From NCBI GenBank assembly GCA_963663765.2, contig CAXXUA010000011.1, positions 64,001 to 128,000 of the forward strand: a stretch of 64,000 nucleotides of DNA, given 5' to 3'. Origin of the DNA: Candidatus Poribacteria bacterium. GTDB lineage: Bacteria > Poribacteria > WGA-4E > WGA-3G. Shown here one piece after another: positions 21,095 through 31,155 of the stretch; the first letter of the stretch is position 1, and each line of letters opens with the position of its first letter. A program made the position numbers and the translations under genes. Under the pieces are notes generated by a model, which saw only the letters and a list, made by a program, of their open reading frames with translations, had not been told where the DNA came from and ran no database searches.

Positions 21095-21701
21095 CGGTGT
21101 GTTAAGTTATTGCACAGAGGTACTAACTTTTGTTCTCTTTAGTCCCGTAGGGACGCAATGTTTATAGAAAGACATTATCACAACCCCTCTCTTTAGTTCC
21201 GTAGGAACGACATAGAAGGATAACCATATCGTCTCTACGGAACTAAAAAGACATGGGGATATGTATTTCTATAACCATATCGTCCCTACGGGACTGAAGA
21301 ATATGGTTAGTATTAACAATATTTCTTTATATTGACACCTAATGAAGTTTGACAATCAAAATCGGTAGTTGAATTCGTATGGGTTGGGTTCCTCAACCCG
21401 TTTGGTTTTTGAGTTTGCGTAGATCATGTGTGGAAACCACGCCCCTATGAATACACAACTTTAACGTCAAAACTCATTAGGACTCTGTGTCCGCAATCTC
21501 TCATTTAATCAGTTGCGGCGGGGCACAGAGACCCGGGGAATGCCTAAATGGTATTCATACCCGGGGAATGCCAAAAGGCATTCATACCCGGGGAATGCCA
21601 AAAGGCATTCATACCGTTGATTTCTTGATTTCTTGTTTTCTTGATTTCTTGATTTCGCCCTAAAATGGAGAGTGGGAGTTCTACAAAAACTTTACACACC
21701 C
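21095..21701. mobile_element. composite MITE with IS256-like ends
   Basis: TIR CGGTGTGTTAAGTT / AACTTTACACACCC, 8-bp direct repeat GTTCTTTG on both flanks; contains nested elements and REP hairpins. Confidence 0.75.
21534..21654 (+). mobile_element. small hairpin + TCTTGATT-tail insertion element, copy 2
   Basis: Three 27-28 bp hairpin units plus four octamers, interrupting a GGGCACAGAGACC^TCGCCCTA hairpin. Confidence 0.65.
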
Positions 21702-21888
21702 GTTCTTTGGGTCAGAGGTAATCAATTGTCCGAAATGGACTATTGTGGGAAGGTGTGTAACCTCAATTTCAGAGAACCAGCATAACAAATCGGGGTTGAA
21801 AACACCTCCCACAAGAGAAACACCAACACTTTTTTCTTAAATTGACACATAAGGTGCGGTTTCCTAACATGCCATCGTGTCCAAGTAA

Positions 21889-22042
21889 TACCATTTTCAT
21901 GTGATAATGTCTCATTAGCAGCGGAAATCTGGTAGGAGCGACCTCCCGGTCGCGACCGGGAGGTCGCTCCTACCGAAGAGAGTAACCCCCTATCAGTAAA
22001 CAGTAGAATTCCTTAATGAGACAAGATTTATTTGAATTGGTA
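21889..22042. mobile_element. 154-bp MITE (TACCA...TGGTA, TAA target duplication) with GTAG-REP palindrome
   Basis: Inverted near-identical copy at 48261-48414; core GTAGGAGCGACCTCCCGGTCGCGACCGGGAGGTCGCTCCTAC. Confidence 0.8.
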
Positions 22043-22110
22043 TAATTATGGATTTTCCTATAATCTTCATCAAAGCGCGTCTACCGTTCGGTGCTTAAGT
22101 CCTATAGTAA

Positions 22111-23613
22111 TTATGGAAGGTAGGGTGGATCAACCGCGGCATTGGTTGGTATTCCATCATAGTACACTTCACCGCCGTTTAGTAACAACACACGGTTTGC
22201 GTATTTATTGGAAAGTTCAATATTGTGTGTCGCGAAAATTAGTGTTTTGTTTTCTTGTAGGATCTGATGACAGAGTTGGTCCATCATACGGTGTAGGTGT
22301 TGTTCATCTTGACCTGTAGTGGGTTCATCAAGTAGGAATACATCAGGATGTAAGGAAAATGTTGATGCGACTGCAACACGTTGGCGTTGCCCGCGTGAAA
22401 GTGAATAAGGGGAATCTTCTGTTAGTTCTTCTAAATTGAATTGATTGACGGTTTTATCAACACGGTCTATTAGCGCTTGGGATTTCAACTTAAGGTTCTT
22501 TGGACCAAATGCAATTTCTTCCCTGACGGTTTTTGCTTGTAGCAACAGATCAGGGTTTTGAAAGACTATACCAATCTTACCCGCTAACTGATGGAGTTTT
22601 AGACGTTTCATAGGTTTTCCCTCTATCATGACTACTCCAGTAGTAGGTTTCAGTAGACCTGCTATGAGATGAAGCAACGTTGTTTTCCCTGATCCATTTG
22701 CTCCCATTATTGAAATTATCTCTCCTCGTGATATATCACAAGATACGTCATTTACTGCTAAATCATCACTGTTTGGGTATTGATATTTGAGATCTCTGAT
22801 GGTAAGGATTGGATCAGACCTTGGAGGCGTATCTGTAGGTTTGGTTGTAGTGTTTATTTTAGAATTCACTTTTTCAGGAATTTGCACACCTAAACGACGA
22901 AAAACAGAGTCTTCTTGTAATGCATCTGATATTGGTAAGTCTAAGCAAATGTTGCCCTTGTCCATCAGCCAAACTCTGTTGCATAGGTGTGCAACCTGTT
23001 TGACTTGATGTGTTGCAATAACTATCGTCATACCTGTTTCCGTGTTAAGCTGCTTGACAATGCTTAGTATGTCGCTTGTTGCTCGTGGATCAAGATGACT
23101 GGTAGGTTCGTCCAATAGCAATACTTGTGTTTTCATAGCACAGAGGGCAGCAAGTGCGACGCGTTGTTTTTCTCCACCAGAAAGTTCCGATATGCGTCTA
23201 TTCTCAAATCCGGTTAATCCCACCTGTTCTAATGCCGAAGTAATTCGTTGTCTAATTTCATCTGGTGGAAACCCAAGGTTTTCAAGTCCAAATGCAATCT
23301 CGTCTTCAGCATGTGTACAGAAGAGTTGGTCATCTGGATTTTGGAATAGTAGGGATACCTGTTGACAAGTTGTACTGAGTGATTGTGTGGCAACGAGTTT
23401 TCCATTGACGTGGACAGCACCGGTTAGTTTACCTGAAGCAGCGTGTGGTATTAAACCGTTTATAGTGCGGAGTAATGTTGTTTTTCCACAACCAGTAGGT
23501 CCTGTTAGTAGCAAAAGATCACTGGATGAGATTTCAGCATTGATGCCGTAAAGCGTGGGAATATCACGACTTGGGTAGGTGTAAGAAAGGTTCTCAATCT
23601 GAATTGGCACCAT
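22111..23613 (-). CDS. ECF-type transporter ATPase with two fused ABC domains
   Basis: Two Walker A motifs (GPTGCGKT, GANGSGKT), FQNPD Q-loops, LSGGEKQR/LSRGQRQR signatures, LDEPT. Confidence 0.9.
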   Translation of the reverse strand: MVPIQIENLSYTYPSRDIPTLYGINAEISSSDLLLLTGPTGCGKTTLLRTINGLIPHAASGKLTGAVHVNGKLVATQSLSTTCQQVSLLFQNPDDQLFCTHAEDEIAFGLENLGFPPDEIRQRITSALEQVGLTGFENRRISELSGGEKQRVALAALCAMKTQVLLLDEPTSHLDPRATSDILSIVKQLNTETGMTIVIATHQVKQVAHLCNRVWLMDKGNICLDLPISDALQEDSVFRRLGVQIPEKVNSKINTTTKPTDTPPRSDPILTIRDLKYQYPNSDDLAVNDVSCDISRGEIISIMGANGSGKTTLLHLIAGLLKPTTGVVMIEGKPMKRLKLHQLAGKIGIVFQNPDLLLQAKTVREEIAFGPKNLKLKSQALIDRVDKTVNQFNLEELTEDSPYSLSRGQRQRVAVASTFSLHPDVFLLDEPTTGQDEQHLHRMMDQLCHQILQENKTLIFATHNIELSNKYANRVLLLNGGEVYYDGIPTNAAVDPPYLP

Positions 23614-23631
23614 AATAACACATGATGACCA

Positions 23632-25620
23632 TCAGTTTTGATGCAGTTCCTCAAATTGCTCTGGTATTGAACCGAAAAGCTGCTCTATGTGTCGTTTAAC
23701 TGACTCTTGAAATGCATCGCAAGTATCCTGAACATATTGTTTGAAATCGTCGTGTAATTGTGCTTGTTGTTTACTTACCCGTGCAAAAAGACTGTGAAGA
23801 TACACTTGTAATTCACTCAGACGTTCGCTCTGTGTTTTTGCGAAAGCACCTACTGTCTCTTTGAATGCTTTCAACTCTGCATCTAAGTATGTTTTAAACA
23901 TGGACTTTTGAAAATTCTCAAGTGCGCTATGTGCAGCATAACGAAAATCTTTGTGGATGGATTCGTATTTCTTCTTAACTCGTTTACTCAGTTTCTGTGC
24001 GTAATTCTGAATTTCGTGCATACGATTCTCTTTTGTATGAGCAAATTGTGAGATCTTTTCTTGGAATGTGTCCATTTCTCTGTTCAAAAAGGTTCTGAAA
24101 TCTTCAACTGCAACAGTATGTCTTGTGATTTTTTCCAGATGATATCCCATTACTGCTAAACGAATAGCATCAGGAAACATCCTGTGATCATGTTTCAAGA
24201 CTCTTATCAGAAATTTTACATATTCAAGCCCCTGTTGAGAAAAGAGTATTCGTTTAATTGAACGCATGAATGCCTGAACTTCAGCCTTGTGAATTTTTCT
24301 GACATTATGTGAGGTATAAGGTCTATGTTTAAGCATTTTTAGACATCGTGTAAAATAGTTCTTCAAAGTTGGATCATATAGTGTAGATATTACGCGACGG
24401 TATTCTTCAATAAGTTTCTCTCGTGGCATTTCTGGTACGAAATTTAGTGACATATCGGTATTGTTCCCACTGGATTCAACGAGCAATCTATCTTCTATTT
24501 TCAGTCTATGCCAGAGGTCTGTTTCCTTTAGTGCAGTAAGTAATCCAGCCATAGCCATAGGAATTCCAGCTTCCTGAATGAAATTAATATGGGAATCAAA
24601 CTCTTTGTCACCATCAAGACCGATGATAAACCCTCCTGTAACCTCCATCCCCTTATGCTGTATTTTCCTGATAGCGTGTAGAAGGTAACTTCCTGCATCC
24701 TCTTCTTTACTTGTGTTCTGTCCTTTTGATGTGGTAATCAGTGCTTCTTCATTGGGTGTTTCAATACCGAGAAACACCATGTTAAAACCAGCAATACTCA
24801 TTGCATCAAGCATATCAGGAATTTCAACAAGGTTCACACTTGCTTCTGTATAAAGCGAGAACGGAAAATTCCGTTCCTCTTGCCATTTCTTCACAGCGGG
24901 TAGGAGTCGCATTGCATCACGTTTGTTTCCAATAAAGTTGTCGTCAACAACGAACATTGAACCTGTCCAACCAAGTTTATATAGCATTTCAAATTCATTT
25001 AGCATCTGCTCATTTGTTTTTGTGCGTGGTACGCGCCCGAACAGTTTGGTTATATCGCAAAATTCACAGTTGAAAGGACATCCGCGAGAGAACTGTAGTG
25101 CCATTGACCCATAAGTATTTATATCTATTAGGTCATAGCGAGGAGGAGGGGTCTTTGTTATATCAGGTTTTCCCTTTTCTCGATATACTTCTGTAGCAAC
25201 ACCACTCTCAAAATCTGTTAGGAAGTCTTCAAAGATATCTTCTACTTCACCGAATAGGAAATGATCAACTTCCCCATCACACTCTTCTTTAATATTGTCG
25301 TAGTAAGATGTAGGGTGGGGTCCACCAGTAATGATCGGTATGTCTGCACGATTGCATTTTTCAACAACGTCATATAGAGATGCCTTCTGTACTATCATCG
25401 TAGACGTTAACGCCATGTCTGCCCACTCAAGATGTTCGTCAGTCAGTGGTTCAACGTTCATATCAACGACTTTAAGGTTGTAGTTTTTGGGAAACATACC
25501 TGCAATTGTTAATAATCCGAGAGGAGGCATTGATGATTTTTTACCGAGGAAATCTAAGGCGTATTTAAAACCCCAATATGATGGTGGGAACTTTGGATAA
25601 ACAAATAGGGCATTAGGCAT
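23632..25620 (-). CDS. B12-binding radical SAM protein (DUF4070-type) with helical C-terminal extension
   Basis: PPLGLLT, GGPHPT, SRGCPFNCEFC, DDNFIGN. Confidence 0.88.
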   Translation of the reverse strand: MPNALFVYPKFPPSYWGFKYALDFLGKKSSMPPLGLLTIAGMFPKNYNLKVVDMNVEPLTDEHLEWADMALTSTMIVQKASLYDVVEKCNRADIPIITGGPHPTSYYDNIKEECDGEVDHFLFGEVEDIFEDFLTDFESGVATEVYREKGKPDITKTPPPRYDLIDINTYGSMALQFSRGCPFNCEFCDITKLFGRVPRTKTNEQMLNEFEMLYKLGWTGSMFVVDDNFIGNKRDAMRLLPAVKKWQEERNFPFSLYTEASVNLVEIPDMLDAMSIAGFNMVFLGIETPNEEALITTSKGQNTSKEEDAGSYLLHAIRKIQHKGMEVTGGFIIGLDGDKEFDSHINFIQEAGIPMAMAGLLTALKETDLWHRLKIEDRLLVESSGNNTDMSLNFVPEMPREKLIEEYRRVISTLYDPTLKNYFTRCLKMLKHRPYTSHNVRKIHKAEVQAFMRSIKRILFSQQGLEYVKFLIRVLKHDHRMFPDAIRLAVMGYHLEKITRHTVAVEDFRTFLNREMDTFQEKISQFAHTKENRMHEIQNYAQKLSKRVKKKYESIHKDFRYAAHSALENFQKSMFKTYLDAELKAFKETVGAFAKTQSERLSELQVYLHSLFARVSKQQAQLHDDFKQYVQDTCDAFQESVKRHIEQLFGSIPEQFEELHQN

Positions 25621-25712
25621 GATTTATAATTGCACTCCTAAGGGATAACCTGTTACCCCAAATTGCCAAAATTATGTGATAAGGATGTAGATTAATATTA
25701 TGTATAATACTC

Positions 25713-25892
25713 TGACATACTCCCCAAGCTAAAGCATGGGGGTTCTTAGTTCTTATATTTGGAAACAACTCAAACTGTGCTAATAATTATACAACATTTC
25801 AACAATAAAATCAAGTTTTTTCTTGACACAAGCACTTAGCACGAATACATCCCACTACCTAAAGGTAGGGGTTTTGTCGTGATTCTTGATAA
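25713..25892 (+). mobile_element. non-autonomous IS200/IS605-like remnant (paired subterminal hairpins)
   Basis: TGACATACTCCCCAAGCTAAAGCATGGGGG at the left and ATCCCACTACCTAAAGGTAGGGGTTTT...TGATAA at the right; no ORF between. Confidence 0.6.
25786..25814 (-). promoter_or_regulatory. sigma70-like promoter TTGATT-N17-TATAAT facing the radical SAM gene
   Basis: Near-consensus match with 17-nt spacer on the minus strand. Confidence 0.5.
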
Positions 25893-25927
25893 ATTACTTT
25901 ATATGTCAAATTTATTATGGGATCGGA

Positions 25928-26199
25928 CTGGGTTATTTAGTTTTAGGTGTTTTTGATGAATTTTTGCTATGACGTTAATTTTATGTGTTGCCATCTTGTC
26001 CGTGTCTTTAGTCCCGTAGGGACGATATGTTTATAGAAAACGAATACCCTCCCCCAGTTCTTTAGTCCCGTAGGGACGATATGTTTATTCTTCTATGTCG
26101 TTCCTACGGAACTCTATTGGGGTTGAAAACATTTTCTATAAACATATCGTTCCTACGGAACTAAAAACATGGACAAGATGGTATTACATAATATTAACG
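25928..26199. repeat. REPIN-like long inverted repeat (GTCCCGTAGGGAC family) plus partial ISAs1-like end
   Basis: About 70-bp arms around TTTAGTCCCGTAGGGACGATATG; left part is the reverse complement of ~47140-47229. Confidence 0.75.
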
Positions 26200-26208
26200 G
26201 TATAAGGA

Positions 26209-26919
26209 TTATCGTGGAAAGAATTTTTTGTGTATGTTTAAGAGACGTTGTAGTTCTTGTATAGGTTTTTCTGCATCGTCGACCCGGAGATCAATGTATC
26301 GGTCATTAAATCCACTATATCCCCCGTTTTTACGGACAACAAGCAGTGCTGCGGATTGCTGTCCGCGTTTGTCACCACCCTTATTTTGTCCAGCAGCGAG
26401 GGCAGCCATCAATTTGTCAGCCAATTCACCTTTTGTTTCTTCATAAGCTTTTCCCATCGCTTCGACGACATCTTCGCCTGTTAAGATATTACCTTGAGCA
26501 GTGTAGTGTTGTCCGGAAAATGCCCCAGCCCAATCATTACATTTTTTACCTGTATGATTAGTGACTGTTCCGTTTGCGTCAACGATTCCAACCTGTCGAG
26601 ATTCTCTGCCATCATCATCCCTTAGAAGGTGGTCTAATGTTTGTTGTGCTGTCAGTCCAATTTTTAGTAACTCTATTCCTCTCGGACCGTATGTTGTATT
26701 TGCCCAGGCTTGTGTAGCGATTGCGCCGACACCTGCCTCTGCAAAAGGAACGACAGCCCCGACTGCAAAGAACTTGGATTGCACAGCGACACCGAAATCG
26801 TTATTGTTTGGATCGTATCCTACGATGGAAAATGTGGAAATAGGAACCAATAGATTGGTCTGTAAATGTTTTGGTTTCATCAGGTTATTGTAAAAATCTG
26901 CTATGTTAATCGTCTTCAA
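26209..26919 (-). CDS. DUF1028 family Ntn-hydrolase-like protein
   Basis: TFSIVG, GVAVQSKF, GAIATQA, AQGNIL, GGDKRGQQSAAL, DLRVDD. Start uncertain. Confidence 0.85.
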   Translation of the reverse strand: MKTINIADFYNNLMKPKHLQTNLLVPISTFSIVGYDPNNNDFGVAVQSKFFAVGAVVPFAEAGVGAIATQAWANTTYGPRGIELLKIGLTAQQTLDHLLRDDDGRESRQVGIVDANGTVTNHTGKKCNDWAGAFSGQHYTAQGNILTGEDVVEAMGKAYEETKGELADKLMAALAAGQNKGGDKRGQQSAALLVVRKNGGYSGFNDRYIDLRVDDAEKPIQELQRLLNIHKKFFPR

Positions 26920-28204
26920 AACGGATTTTCATTGCTTCCGCATGTCCTTCTAAACCTTCCACCTCAGCGAGTTTGACGACATGAGGTGTAACTTTTTCTA
27001 AAGCCGACTTGGTATAAGAAATTAGACTTGTCTTTTTCAGGAAATCGTCAACACTTAGTGGTGAAGCATAACGAGCTGCGGTTCCTGTTGGTAGGATGTG
27101 GTTAGGCCCAGCGATATAGTCGCCAACTGCCTCTGGTGAATACGGACCTATAAAAATAGCTCCTGCGTTGCGAATTTCTCCAATCCATTCAAGTGGGTTT
27201 TCAATATGGAGTTCTACGTGTTCTGGTGCGATTTTGTTTGTAAACTCGACTGCTTCTTCTAAATCTTCAACTACAAATGCACCGCCGTAGTTTTCAAATG
27301 CTTTCACAAGTTCGTATTGCCTTGGGAGTGTCTGTGCTTGAAGTTCAATTGCCGCTTTGACCTGTTCAGCAAAACCGAGAGAAGTCGTAACAAGAATAGC
27401 AGAGCATTCTGGACTGTGTTCTGCTTGTGAAATTAAATCGGATCCGACAAAATCGGGGTCAGCAGTGCTGTCAGCAATTACAAGGATTTCACTTGGACCT
27501 GCTAATTTGTCAATGTCAACGTGTCCGTATACCTCTTTTTTAGCGAGTTGTACATACAAGTTTCCTGGACCGACTATTTTATCAACTGCAGGGATCGTCT
27601 CTGTCCCGTAAGCCAATGCTGCGACGGCTTGTGCACCACCACATTTATATATTTCATTGATTCCACATTCGGCAGCTGCAACCAACATGTGAGGATTTAT
27701 TCGTCTATTCCGCATAGGTGCCATACAAACAGCGATCTCTTCCACTCCAGCGACAGTCGCAGGAATTACACTCATGAGTAGAGAAGAAACTAAGAGTTGG
27801 CTTATGGACGGCACACAAGCACCAACACGTTTTAACGGACGAATTAGATGTCCTAACAGAACGCCATCCTCCTCAGTAGAGAACCACGAAGTACGCAGCT
27901 GTTTTTGATGAAATCTTTCTATGTTCTCCTTAGCATGAACAATAGCATCAACATACTCTGAGTCTACATCTGAGTAAGCCTGTTTGAATTCGTTTGGGCG
28001 CACCTGCAATCCTTTCGTAGAAAATCGCGGTGCATCCAGTTTTCGTGTATATCGAGCGACTGCCTTATTACCTTCATCTTGTACTTCAACGAGAGTACGA
28101 CGTACAGTTCTTAGGATATTTTCATCCATAAGTTTTCCGCGATGATTTAAATCGGCAATAAAGGAATCACATTCTGGAGTGTTTGTTTCAAATATACGTA
28201 ACAT
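26906..28204 (-). CDS. hisD: histidinol dehydrogenase
   Basis: GGAQAVAALAYGTE, KIVGPGN, AGPSE, SQAEH, APEH, GDYIAGPNHILPT. Confidence 0.95.
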   Translation of the reverse strand: MLRIFETNTPECDSFIADLNHRGKLMDENILRTVRRTLVEVQDEGNKAVARYTRKLDAPRFSTKGLQVRPNEFKQAYSDVDSEYVDAIVHAKENIERFHQKQLRTSWFSTEEDGVLLGHLIRPLKRVGACVPSISQLLVSSLLMSVIPATVAGVEEIAVCMAPMRNRRINPHMLVAAAECGINEIYKCGGAQAVAALAYGTETIPAVDKIVGPGNLYVQLAKKEVYGHVDIDKLAGPSEILVIADSTADPDFVGSDLISQAEHSPECSAILVTTSLGFAEQVKAAIELQAQTLPRQYELVKAFENYGGAFVVEDLEEAVEFTNKIAPEHVELHIENPLEWIGEIRNAGAIFIGPYSPEAVGDYIAGPNHILPTGTAARYASPLSVDDFLKKTSLISYTKSALEKVTPHVVKLAEVEGLEGHAEAMKIRFEDD

Positions 28205-28238
28205 GTTCTGTTTCTATGGACTTTTTATAGTCACCCTT

Positions 28239-28456
28239 TCTACAGTGCATTTCATAAATGCAGTTTTTTCCAAATTCACCGGATCGTGTGTTTGGAAAAT
28301 CGGGGTTACAAACCCCTCCTACCATTTATGAGATAACTTGTAATATCTACAGTGCATTTCATAAATGCAGTTTTTTCCAAATTCACCGGATCGTGTGTTT
28401 GGAAAATCGGGGTTACAAACCCCTCCTACCATTTATGAGATAGTTTGTAATATCTA
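28239..28456. repeat. tandem duplication (2 x 107 bp) of a REP-bearing mini-element
   Basis: Two near-identical units starting at 28241 and 28348, each TACAGTGCATTTCATAAAT...ATTTATGAGATA...TGTA. Confidence 0.85.
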
Positions 28457-28505
28457 ACAAGATTATTGAATACGATCAATACGATAAAAAATTGGTTTAA
28501 TCGTT

Positions 28506-29768
28506 TTAATTAACCCTAACTATATCAGCACCGAGTGCATTGAGTTTTTTCTCAATTCCTTCGTACCCTCTATCAATATGATAGATTCGTGATACCGTAG
28601 TTTCTCCAGCAGCTGCTATTCCAGCGATAACAAGTACAGCACCAGCGCGCAGATCAGAAGCCATGACGGGTGCACCACTCAGTGAAGAAACGCCTGATAT
28701 AATTGCTTGTCGTCCTTCAAGTCTAATATCAGCTCCCATTCGGTTGAGTTCTGCCGCGTGTATGAAACGATCAGTATGGACGTTCTCTGTGATTGTACTT
28801 GTTCCTGAAGCAAGACTAAGCAAACCCATAAACTGTGCTTGCATATCCGTAGGAAATCCGGGGAAAGGAGCGGTATTGACATTAGTTGGTTTTAGTCCGT
28901 TAGGTGTAGTAACACGAACACCTTTATCATCCCAATCTAATTGCACACCTGCTGCTATTAATTTTTCTGTTACTGCAGTAACTTGTTTGGGTGTGATGCC
29001 ATCAACGTAGACATCACCGTTTGTGATTGCGCTTGCAACCATAAATGTCCCTGCTTCAATATCATCGGAAATAACGTTGTGTTCCGTGCCTCTTAGTTGT
29101 CTCACACCATCAATCTTCAAAGTAGGCGTCCCAATTCCTTCGATATTTGCTCCCATAGCATTGAGGAAATTTGCAAGGTCACAGATATGCGGTTCACAAG
29201 CAGCACCGTTTATTACCGTTTCTCCCTCGGCTAAAGTTGCTGCCATCATAACATTTGCGGTCGCACCAACGCTTGGTCCGTGGTGTCCAAGCAGGTCTAT
29301 TTCAGTACCTACCAAACGATCCGCTTGTGCGTAAATATACCCTCTTTTTACTTCAACTTGTGCTCCTAATTTTTCTAAACCGCGGATGTGTAAGTCAACC
29401 GGACGTGGTCCGATAGCACATCCACCGGGAAAAGATACCTTTGCGCGGCCGAGTTTTGCCACAAGGGGACCCAAGACATATATGGATGCACGCATCTGCC
29501 GAACCAAATCATAAGGTGCTTCAAACTCCATTCGGTTGATCGGTTCAATATAAAGAGAGCCATTCTTCCGCGTGATAGATGCCCCAAGTCCTTCAAGCAC
29601 TGCACTGAGTGTCTTTACGTCTGTTAGATTTGGAACGTTGTGGAGTACACTGATGTTATCCCCCAGAATCGCTGCAGCGACTGCGATCGGTAAAACAGCA
29701 TTCTTCGATCCGCTTATCTTAACCTTACCATTAAGTTTTGTTCCGCCATTGACGATGAATTTTTGCAT
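28506..29768 (-). CDS. murA: UDP-N-acetylglucosamine 1-carboxyvinyltransferase
   Basis: GSKNAVLP, MRASI, PGGCAIGPRPVDLH, PGFPTDMQ, DLRAGA, HIDRGYE. Confidence 0.97.
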   Translation of the reverse strand: MQKFIVNGGTKLNGKVKISGSKNAVLPIAVAAAILGDNISVLHNVPNLTDVKTLSAVLEGLGASITRKNGSLYIEPINRMEFEAPYDLVRQMRASIYVLGPLVAKLGRAKVSFPGGCAIGPRPVDLHIRGLEKLGAQVEVKRGYIYAQADRLVGTEIDLLGHHGPSVGATANVMMAATLAEGETVINGAACEPHICDLANFLNAMGANIEGIGTPTLKIDGVRQLRGTEHNVISDDIEAGTFMVASAITNGDVYVDGITPKQVTAVTEKLIAAGVQLDWDDKGVRVTTPNGLKPTNVNTAPFPGFPTDMQAQFMGLLSLASGTSTITENVHTDRFIHAAELNRMGADIRLEGRQAIISGVSSLSGAPVMASDLRAGAVLVIAGIAAAGETTVSRIYHIDRGYEGIEKKLNALGADIVRVN

Positions 29769-30033
29769 TTTGTTTTCCTCATAATTCTCTGATCAATTTA
29801 TACAAGATTGATATGTTTATATTTTTATAGTATCTGTTTTCTTGCATAAACGATGCCAATATTATATCTGTTACAAATATAGTTGTCCAGTGAAAAATAC
29901 AATTAGAAGATTGTGTTAAATTAGACACATGAATTCTCTATGTCATAATTTGTAGTTGAAAATTCACTTGCAATGACTGCATCAATTTGTTAAACTTCAA
30001 TGTATGAATCAACTTCTATATATAAGATGAGGT

Positions 30034-31092
30034 ATGAAGATGGCAGAAAAAACATATCGTGTTGGAGTAATCGGTTGTGGTGGCATGGGACGAGCGCATG
30101 CGCGAAGTTGGAACAATAGCGGTCGCGCAAAGGTGGTCTCAGCATCAGATATTAGTGAAGAATCTGCATCAAGATTTGCTGATGAGTTATCTTTACCAAC
30201 ATACTATACCGATTTTGATAAAATGTGTGAAAAAGAGGATCTTGATATTGTCAGCATCACGACGTGGCAAAGTGTTCGTGCAGAACCGACAATTGCTGCG
30301 GCGGAAAATGGAGCTATTGGGGTAATCACCGAAAAACCGATGGCTGCCTCTGTTGGCGATGCACAGGATATGATGGATGTCTGTGATAAGAACGGAACGA
30401 AATTGGTTGTAGGACACCAAAGACGTTTCAGTGGACAAAACTGTGAAGCAAGACGACTAATTCAAGAAGGTGCAATCGGTCAACCGCAAACGATGTTACG
30501 CCGAGATGGACACGGTTTGTTAAATCGCGGCACACATGAGATTGACGAAATGCGTTTTATCCTCGGTGATCCCGACCCGCAATGGCTTATTGGTCAAGTA
30601 TCACGGAAAACTGATCGTTGGGAAAGACGTGTTAGAACTGAAGACAAGTGTATGGCGGAAATCTGCTTTGAAGGTGGTATCCGCGGTATCTATGAGAGTG
30701 ATTTACCCGGACCAGGCTTGCGCGGAGATGCTGTTTATGGTGATGATGGGATGCTGCGACGTGGTCCTGATGGTACAATTGAACTCTTGAATAGTAAATC
30801 CTCTGGTTGGCAGTCAATCAAACCGCGTCAAGGTGAACCGAATCAGTTCTCTGAGATGTTGCAATGGATTGAAGGTGATATTGACGAACACCGCAATGCT
30901 GGTAGGCACGGACTTTGTACTATTGAAATCCTAATGGCATTTTATGAATCAGTGCGTCTCCAGGATGTTGTTACTTTTCCGTTAAAAACGCGTCCGAACC
31001 CGCTTGATTTGTTGGTTGAAGGTGGAAAACTCCCTGTATTTGTTGAAGGACGATATGACATTCGTGCTCCATTCCCCGAACAGAAGAAATAA
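30034..31092 (+). CDS. Gfo/Idh/MocA family oxidoreductase
   Basis: GVIGCGGMG, EKPMA, GHQRRF. Confidence 0.9.
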   Translation: MKMAEKTYRVGVIGCGGMGRAHARSWNNSGRAKVVSASDISEESASRFADELSLPTYYTDFDKMCEKEDLDIVSITTWQSVRAEPTIAAAENGAIGVITEKPMAASVGDAQDMMDVCDKNGTKLVVGHQRRFSGQNCEARRLIQEGAIGQPQTMLRRDGHGLLNRGTHEIDEMRFILGDPDPQWLIGQVSRKTDRWERRVRTEDKCMAEICFEGGIRGIYESDLPGPGLRGDAVYGDDGMLRRGPDGTIELLNSKSSGWQSIKPRQGEPNQFSEMLQWIEGDIDEHRNAGRHGLCTIEILMAFYESVRLQDVVTFPLKTRPNPLDLLVEGGKLPVFVEGRYDIRAPFPEQKK

Positions 31093-31124
31093 CGTATCAT
31101 TTCATTATCCTATCCAAACACTTA

Positions 31125-31150
31125 TTTAGGGCGGTAATATCCGCCCTAAA
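31125..31150. terminator. hairpin between convergent genes
   Basis: TTTAGGGCGG-TAATAT-CCGCCCTAAA. Confidence 0.55.
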
Positions 31151-31155
31151 ACATA

